DNA of 64,000 nucleotides from an uncultured cyanobacterium (GTDB lineage Bacteria; Cyanobacteriota; Cyanobacteriia; Leptolyngbyales; Leptolyngbyaceae), in assembly GCA_963766075.1 (NCBI GenBank), contig CAVYAN010000079.1:30382-94381 (forward strand), given 5' to 3'. Shown piece after piece: positions 58,778 to 64,000 of the stretch. A program made the position numbers and the translations under genes. Below the pieces are notes generated by a model that worked only from the letters and a program-made list of their open reading frames with translations, made no database searches and was not told the DNA's origin. Positions within the stretch are counted from its first letter, which is position 1. The number at the start of each line of letters is the position of its first letter.

Positions 58778-60142
58778 ATGAAGCGATCTCATCAAGTGAA
58801 GTTAGTCGGCAAAGCCGCCCGTGAGGCCACTCGTAAAGTGACCAAGACTAAAGTGACCAAGACCCTACTGCTGGGCATTGCTGTTCTGACAACGGGATTT
58901 TTGGCCGCCGCCTGCCAAGAAGCCGCGCCGCCAACCAGTTCGACTAGTAGTCCAGCAGCGGGCAGTGCCCCCAGCAAGGGCTTAAAAATTGGCACCTTGC
59001 TCCCGGCCACCGGGGATTTAGCCTCCATTGGCAACGCCATGATTGCCTCGGTGCCTCTTTTGGTCAATACGGTGAATCAGTGCGGCGGGGTAAATGGTGA
59101 ACCGGTGACACTGGTCTCTGAAGATGATCAAACCGATCCCGCTGCTGGGTCCCAAGGGATGACTAAGCTGGTGGAAACGGATAAAGTGGCCGGTGTTGTT
59201 GGTTCCTTCGCAAGCAGTGTGTCCACAGCGGCGATCCCGATCGCCGTTCGCAACAAGGTTATGCTGATTTCTCCGGGCAGTACCAGCCCCGTGTTTACCG
59301 ATCGGGCCAAAAAAGGCGAGTTCCAGGGCTTTTGGGCTCGCACCGCGCCACCGGACACCTACCAAGCCCAAGCCCTCGCCAAACTGGCCTATGACCAAGG
59401 GTTCAAGACCGCCAGTACGATTGTGATTAACAATGACTATGGCGTTGGCTTTGAAAAAGAATTCGTTCAAGCCTTTAAAAAATTAGGCGGCACCATCGTC
59501 AACGAAGCGAAACCCACCCGCTACGATCCCAAGGCCACCACCTTTGCCACCGAAGCCCAAGCCGCACTGGCCGGAAAACCGCAGGCATTAGCCGCCGTGC
59601 TCTATGCCGAATCCGGAGCCTTGTTTCTCAAGTCCGCCTACGAACAAGGCTTGAGTCAAGGCGTGCAAATTTTGCTGACGGATGGGGTCTATTCACCGGA
59701 CTTTCCCGGCCAAGTCGGTAAAGGTAAAGAGGGCAAAGCAATTTTAGCCGGAGCGGCGGGCACAGTGCCCGGAGCCGATGGCAAAGCGCTAGCCGCATTA
59801 ACCAAATTGTGGGAAGAAAAGCAGAAGAAACCTGTCAGTGCCTACGTTCCCCATGCCTGGGATGCGGCGGCGCTCTTGGTTCTAGCGGCAGAGGCCGCCA
59901 AGGCAAATACGGGAGAAGCCATTAAAGGCAAAATTCGCGAGGTGGCCAATGGGCCTGGAAAGGATGTAACCGATGTGTGCGAGGGCTTAGCTCTGCTGCG
60001 CAAGGGCGAGAAGATTAACTACCAGGGTGCCAGTGGCAATGTGGACATTGATGAAAATGGTGATGTTGTAGGCAGTTATGATGTCTGGAAAGTCCAGCCG
60101 GACGGCAGCCTGAAGGTAACGGGCAAGGTCAGCCCCAAGTAG
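58778..60142 (+). CDS. Branched-chain/neutral amino-acid ABC substrate-binding lipoprotein (NatB/LivJ-like)
   Basis: Lipobox AAAC, DDQTDP, SPGSTSP, RTAPPD, NYQGASG; GAGGAG RBS. Confidence 0.9.
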   Translation: MKRSHQVKLVGKAAREATRKVTKTKVTKTLLLGIAVLTTGFLAAACQEAAPPTSSTSSPAAGSAPSKGLKIGTLLPATGDLASIGNAMIASVPLLVNTVNQCGGVNGEPVTLVSEDDQTDPAAGSQGMTKLVETDKVAGVVGSFASSVSTAAIPIAVRNKVMLISPGSTSPVFTDRAKKGEFQGFWARTAPPDTYQAQALAKLAYDQGFKTASTIVINNDYGVGFEKEFVQAFKKLGGTIVNEAKPTRYDPKATTFATEAQAALAGKPQALAAVLYAESGALFLKSAYEQGLSQGVQILLTDGVYSPDFPGQVGKGKEGKAILAGAAGTVPGADGKALAALTKLWEEKQKKPVSAYVPHAWDAAALLVLAAEAAKANTGEAIKGKIREVANGPGKDVTDVCEGLALLRKGEKINYQGASGNVDIDENGDVVGSYDVWKVQPDGSLKVTGKVSPK

Positions 60143-60167
60143 CCTCTACTGCGGTGATATCTCAATC

Positions 60168-60203
60168 AAGAACCCTGGGATTTTTATAAATCCCAGGGTT
60201 CTT
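60168..60203. terminator. Strong hairpin, probable bidirectional terminator between convergent genes
   Basis: AAGAACCCTGGGATTT...AAATCCCAGGGTTCTT perfect inverted repeat. Confidence 0.8.
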
Positions 60204-60223
60204 TGGCCAGAAACGGCTTCTTG

Positions 60224-60703
60224 CTATTTCTTTTCGGCAGGCTTCATAGCATCGCCGGTTTTCTTCATGGCATCCCCAGCAGCATCTTTAGCCGCCTCGC
60301 CGGTTTGCTTTGCCGCTGCTCCGGTTTTCTTCATGGCATCCCCAGCTTGACCGGCAGCGTCCCCAGCTTTTTTCACCGCATCACCCGCGCCACTTTTCAC
60401 GGCTTCGCCCGCTTTACCCGCCGCTTCCCCGGTCTTCTTAGCAGCCTCACCCGCTTTATTCATTGTTTCCCCAGCTTTATGCACGGCATCCCCGGCTTTA
60501 CCGCCCATTTCCCCAGCTTTCTGCTTGGCAGCTTCACCCGCTTTGCCCGCTGCTTCCCCGGCCTTCCCGGCGGCTTCGCCAGTTTTCTGCATGACATCGG
60601 CAGGGCTAGGGGCCGTCGTTGATTCTCCGGAACACGATACCAAGCTGGCGGCAACGGTTAAGCCTGCAGCTAATCCCAATAACTTCAAGGTTTTCATATC
60701 CAT
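60224..60703 (-). CDS. Lipoprotein with Ala/Gly/Lys/Glu heptad and 11-mer repeats (LEA-like)
   Basis: Lipobox LVSC; (K)AGEAAG and (K)TGDAMK repeats. Confidence 0.8.
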   Translation of the reverse strand: MDMKTLKLLGLAAGLTVAASLVSCSGESTTAPSPADVMQKTGEAAGKAGEAAGKAGEAAKQKAGEMGGKAGDAVHKAGETMNKAGEAAKKTGEAAGKAGEAVKSGAGDAVKKAGDAAGQAGDAMKKTGAAAKQTGEAAKDAAGDAMKKTGDAMKPAEKK

Positions 60704-60845
60704 AGACCTCTATCTAAGTAAAGTAGACAATGCTTATCAAATAGACAATGCTCCTGCTAGGATACGTGCGAAGTGTAAATTTGGCTAACAACTTCAGAAA
60801 ATTTTTCTGGATGGTTCAGCCTAGCCGTGACGTGTGGGCTGCGAT

Positions 60846-62914
60846 CTACCACACTCGCCACTCCTGCCACTGTTCATTCAAAATTGTCGTGTTAGGAAAC
60901 GCGGTGGGATTGCCGCTTTGTTCAAGCTGGCGGCGGAGCTTTTCCAGCAATGGGATTGGCCGGGGTAAGTCGGCCACCAACTGGTAGGGCAGTACCCCTT
61001 CTGTTAACGCAAAGCTGGCTGTAGTTCCTGCCGCAATGCCGACGGACCATTCAAAGGCGTGAACCCGATAGGCCGCAGCCGTCATATGGCTGGTGGCAAT
61101 GCTTTTACCTGCCACCAGCAGGTTGTCGATGCGTTGGGGAATCAAGGCCCGCAGGGGAATTTGGGCGGGGTATGCCTGTCCATGGCCGAGGCGTGTGCCG
61201 GGACGTTCGGTATTACCGGGGCGTTCTGGAGGGGAATCGGCCATGCAGGGATGAAAGTCGATCGCATACTGGGCAATACCCACAGAATCGGGGTAGATCC
61301 GCGATCGCATCCGGCGAACAATCTGCTCGGGAGGCGTATCGTGGATGATGGCAGCGGCAGTCTGGAGTCCGGCCAATCCCAGCCAGAGTTGCCGATACGC
61401 ATCGGGGGAAAGGTTGGCGCGATAGATGGCTTGCCGATAGTCGGCTTTAGAAATATCCACCTCGTCAATCGTGAAGCCTTGGGCATAGCCATAGCTGGGG
61501 CGGCCAATAATGCGGCGCGCCTCACGGATATAGGGATACTTAGACAACCCATGGCCTGTGCCCATCGGGCTGTCGAGTCCTTGCAGAAGCCGGTGATTGG
61601 GATGAGGCACTTTCTGACCTGCCGGTTGAGAGTTGGTGGTCCCAGCAACCAGCCAATAGTAAAAGCCCAAGGCAAGCTCCTCCCCATGCCGTAAAGTCTC
61701 CGGGCGGAGTCCCCCCTGCCAGCCACCTGGGGTCAGTTCCCCGCGCTGCTGCAATTGTTCGCGGGTATAGATGAGATTATCCTGGGCCGTGCCGGGGCGA
61801 TAGTCGTTGCCCCACACCCAGTTCTGCATGGATATATCCCCTGGCTTTGGCAAGGACCCACCCACCGCTGGAACGCGCCGCGAGGATCGCGGCTGAGCAC
61901 TCCAAATCCGACGATAGGTAAATACCGCATTGAAATTGGCGATCGCTGGATTGGCATCAAACCCGTAGTAGGGCGCATAGCGCGGATAAAACGGTGGCAT
62001 AGTTTGAGGCTGGGGATCGGCAGTTTGCTCAAAAGCAAAGGTATAGGTAAATCCCTGGGTACAAAAGGGATCACCCGCTTCGCTGGCGGAGGAAGGGTCA
62101 CGGGGCGATCGCGGATCTAGGCCCAATCGATAGGGAACATCAGCCAATGCCACCAATTCTCCTGTTTCTGTGGCATCAATCACTATCCATGGCCCAGGGG
62201 CGCGCCGCCTATCGACCGCTGCCGCATGGCGATCGTCCCAGCTCGGAACAGGCGGCATCAGTCGCAGCACCCGTTTCTGCAACCGGGGGAATCCGGGTAG
62301 CGGTAGGCATCCTCTAGAATTTGGGACAGCGGCTCGGTATTGAGTGGGGGTGTACCGGGAGCGGGAGCGTGTTGAATGGCGATCGCCCCACTATTTGCTT
62401 CCCATCCGCACTGATCTCGAGGTCTTTAATCACGGTGGCAGGGAACCAGTGCAGCGTGCCCCGATGCTGTGCCTTCTGTAGCATGTCCCAAAGGATGGCA
62501 TGGGCATCCCGGGGTAAAAAGCAGGCGTAACTCACCCAGCAATCGCCGGGATTGAGTTCCCCATATTTGGCTTGAATCCGCTGGCGCAGTTCCACATAAC
62601 CCTTGGAATAGAACAACATTGCCCGCTGCTTTTTCGCTTCGTCCAGAGCGGTGGTGCCCTGGGATGAAAGCTGTCCACCCACCCAATCCGTGATTTCTGT
62701 AAGACAAACAGTCCGGCCCTGCTCCAGAGCCGCCGTAGCCGCCGCCACGCCCGCCAAACCACCCCCAGCAATCAACAGGTCACACGATACGGTTTGATCG
62801 GGGGCGCGGGGCAGTGGGCTGGCCATCGCAGGGGGAAAAACTAACCCACAAAACACCGCGCCCAGGAAAACTGGAGTGACGCTGACGCCGAGGAATCCGG
62901 TAAAACTTAGCCAT
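60846..62914 (-). CDS. Exported FAD-dependent oxidoreductase, split by two or three single-base indels
   Basis: IAGGGLAG, EITDWVGGQ, IDATETG, PYIREARR, VAGKSI; frameshifts at 62386-62389 and 62285-62289, possibly also near 62865. Confidence 0.8.
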
Positions 62915-62927
62915 GGCTCGTTTTCCT

Positions 62928-63854
62928 TTACCCCTTGGCCTGGATCACTTGGGCGATCGCCTTTACGACGGCATCACTCTTAAAGTAAAACTGGTGCGCC
63001 TCACCGCCCCCCAGCATCGGGACCAGGGTTTGGCGCAGCGGCGTGGTCAACCAGGTGCCAAAATCTTTTTGAACACAAATAATGTCCTCGACCTGGACAA
63101 ACTGGGCACATTCATCCAGTAAGTCCGGCAGCACCCCTTCCAAGGGATAGGCGATCGGGTCACCGGGATGGACATAGTTCTTCCAGACCAGGGGGTGTTT
63201 TTCCATCGCGTACAGATTGCCCAGCAATTCCTTCAATTTTGGCGTGAGGTCGTGACTACTGCGACTGGCCACACTCAACAAGCTGAACAAGGCAATGGGC
63301 GATCCCATGGTGTGAATGCTGGCCAGGGGAATCCCCACGCCGGGATTCGGGAACAAGCCAAACAGGGCTTGGCGGATTATGTCAATGCAGGCTCGGGTAT
63401 CCGCATCCAGTTTAGGGTCTTCCCAACGGGCCGCAAACAGAATATCAAACAGGATCACCGTGCCCCAACTGTGGGTAACCAAGTGCAGGCGATTGCCCGG
63501 TTGCATCGATTTCAACCCCTCTAGGGCACTTTTCTGAATCCGCTGCACCACCTGGGAACCCACATGCCGACTGATGTAGAGGGCCGCATCGCCCACAAAG
63601 TCCATCAAAATGCCGCTGCGAAAGTCCTGGAACCACATGTCCTTCCACTTGGTAGACCGTTTGAATCCGGCCCGCAGGTCGTTCGTGGCTTCCACATTTA
63701 AGTCGCCCCAAAAGGGCACAATCAATTGGAGATTGCAGCTCTCCTTAGAAACACACGCGTTAATGCGTCGAAATAAATCATTGGCAATCCGGTTGATTTC
63801 CACCGCACTGCGTGTCTTGACCCCGTGAATGAACAGAACATAGTCAGTTGGCAT
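62928..63854 (-). CDS. Alpha/beta-hydrolase-fold hypothetical protein
   Basis: FIHGV oxyanion loop, THSWG elbow, TMGSP, GDPIA, C-terminal His; GGGAGG RBS. Confidence 0.75.
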   Translation of the reverse strand: MPTDYVLFIHGVKTRSAVEINRIANDLFRRINACVSKESCNLQLIVPFWGDLNVEATNDLRAGFKRSTKWKDMWFQDFRSGILMDFVGDAALYISRHVGSQVVQRIQKSALEGLKSMQPGNRLHLVTHSWGTVILFDILFAARWEDPKLDADTRACIDIIRQALFGLFPNPGVGIPLASIHTMGSPIALFSLLSVASRSSHDLTPKLKELLGNLYAMEKHPLVWKNYVHPGDPIAYPLEGVLPDLLDECAQFVQVEDIICVQKDFGTWLTTPLRQTLVPMLGGGEAHQFYFKSDAVVKAIAQVIQAKG

Positions 63855-64000
63855 GGGGAAGCCCTCCCTAAAAAACAAGTCGCTTAGGCTTCCCCTATTA
63901 AACCCTAAGGCGAGGGAATTCGACCCCAGAGCAATCGCCCCTCTCGGTATAATGAAACAACACACAGCAATACATGTTTAGAAAAGGTACTAACATAACA

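Noticed and set aside
1..64000. tRNA, rRNA, prophage or intact transposase genes
   Set aside because: None recognised by eye; tRNAscan-SE and Infernal would be needed to exclude small RNAs

Overview
Chromosomal window from a cyanobacterium, probably a filamentous one: it has abundant HIP1 octamers (GCGATCGC), psbQ, CP12, a CpcT/CpeT-like gene, the ycf35 cluster and heptamer STRR repeats. Most of it is conserved housekeeping backbone: def, an HtrA/HhoA protease, surE, leuD, prfC, glmM, trmB, pyrF, a pilT paralogue, a Dam-family methylase, cysA, tenA, speA and a natB-like gene. About 28.7-43.5 kb is an AT-richer, HIP1-poor, convergently arranged Wzx/Wzy polysaccharide cluster. It holds a Wzc without a Tyr tail, six glycosyltransferases, a beta-helix enzyme, a flippase and a polymerase. 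The most unusual gene (44620-46923, minus strand) is a single polypeptide joining an RyR repeat, a TPR sensor-like region, a SLOG-like Rossmannoid domain and a class III nucleotidyl cyclase with non-canonical base-specificity residues. It lies between a MITE and a decayed IS-like tract, and is a candidate stand-alone nucleotide second-messenger signalling or defence system. Also seen: several MITE/REP families, a candidate small RNA near 12.75-12.81 kb, short tandem duplications spanning stop codons, and at least nine single-base frameshifts in conserved genes that look like sequencing or assembly errors. All calls rest on motif recognition by eye; no database search was run.
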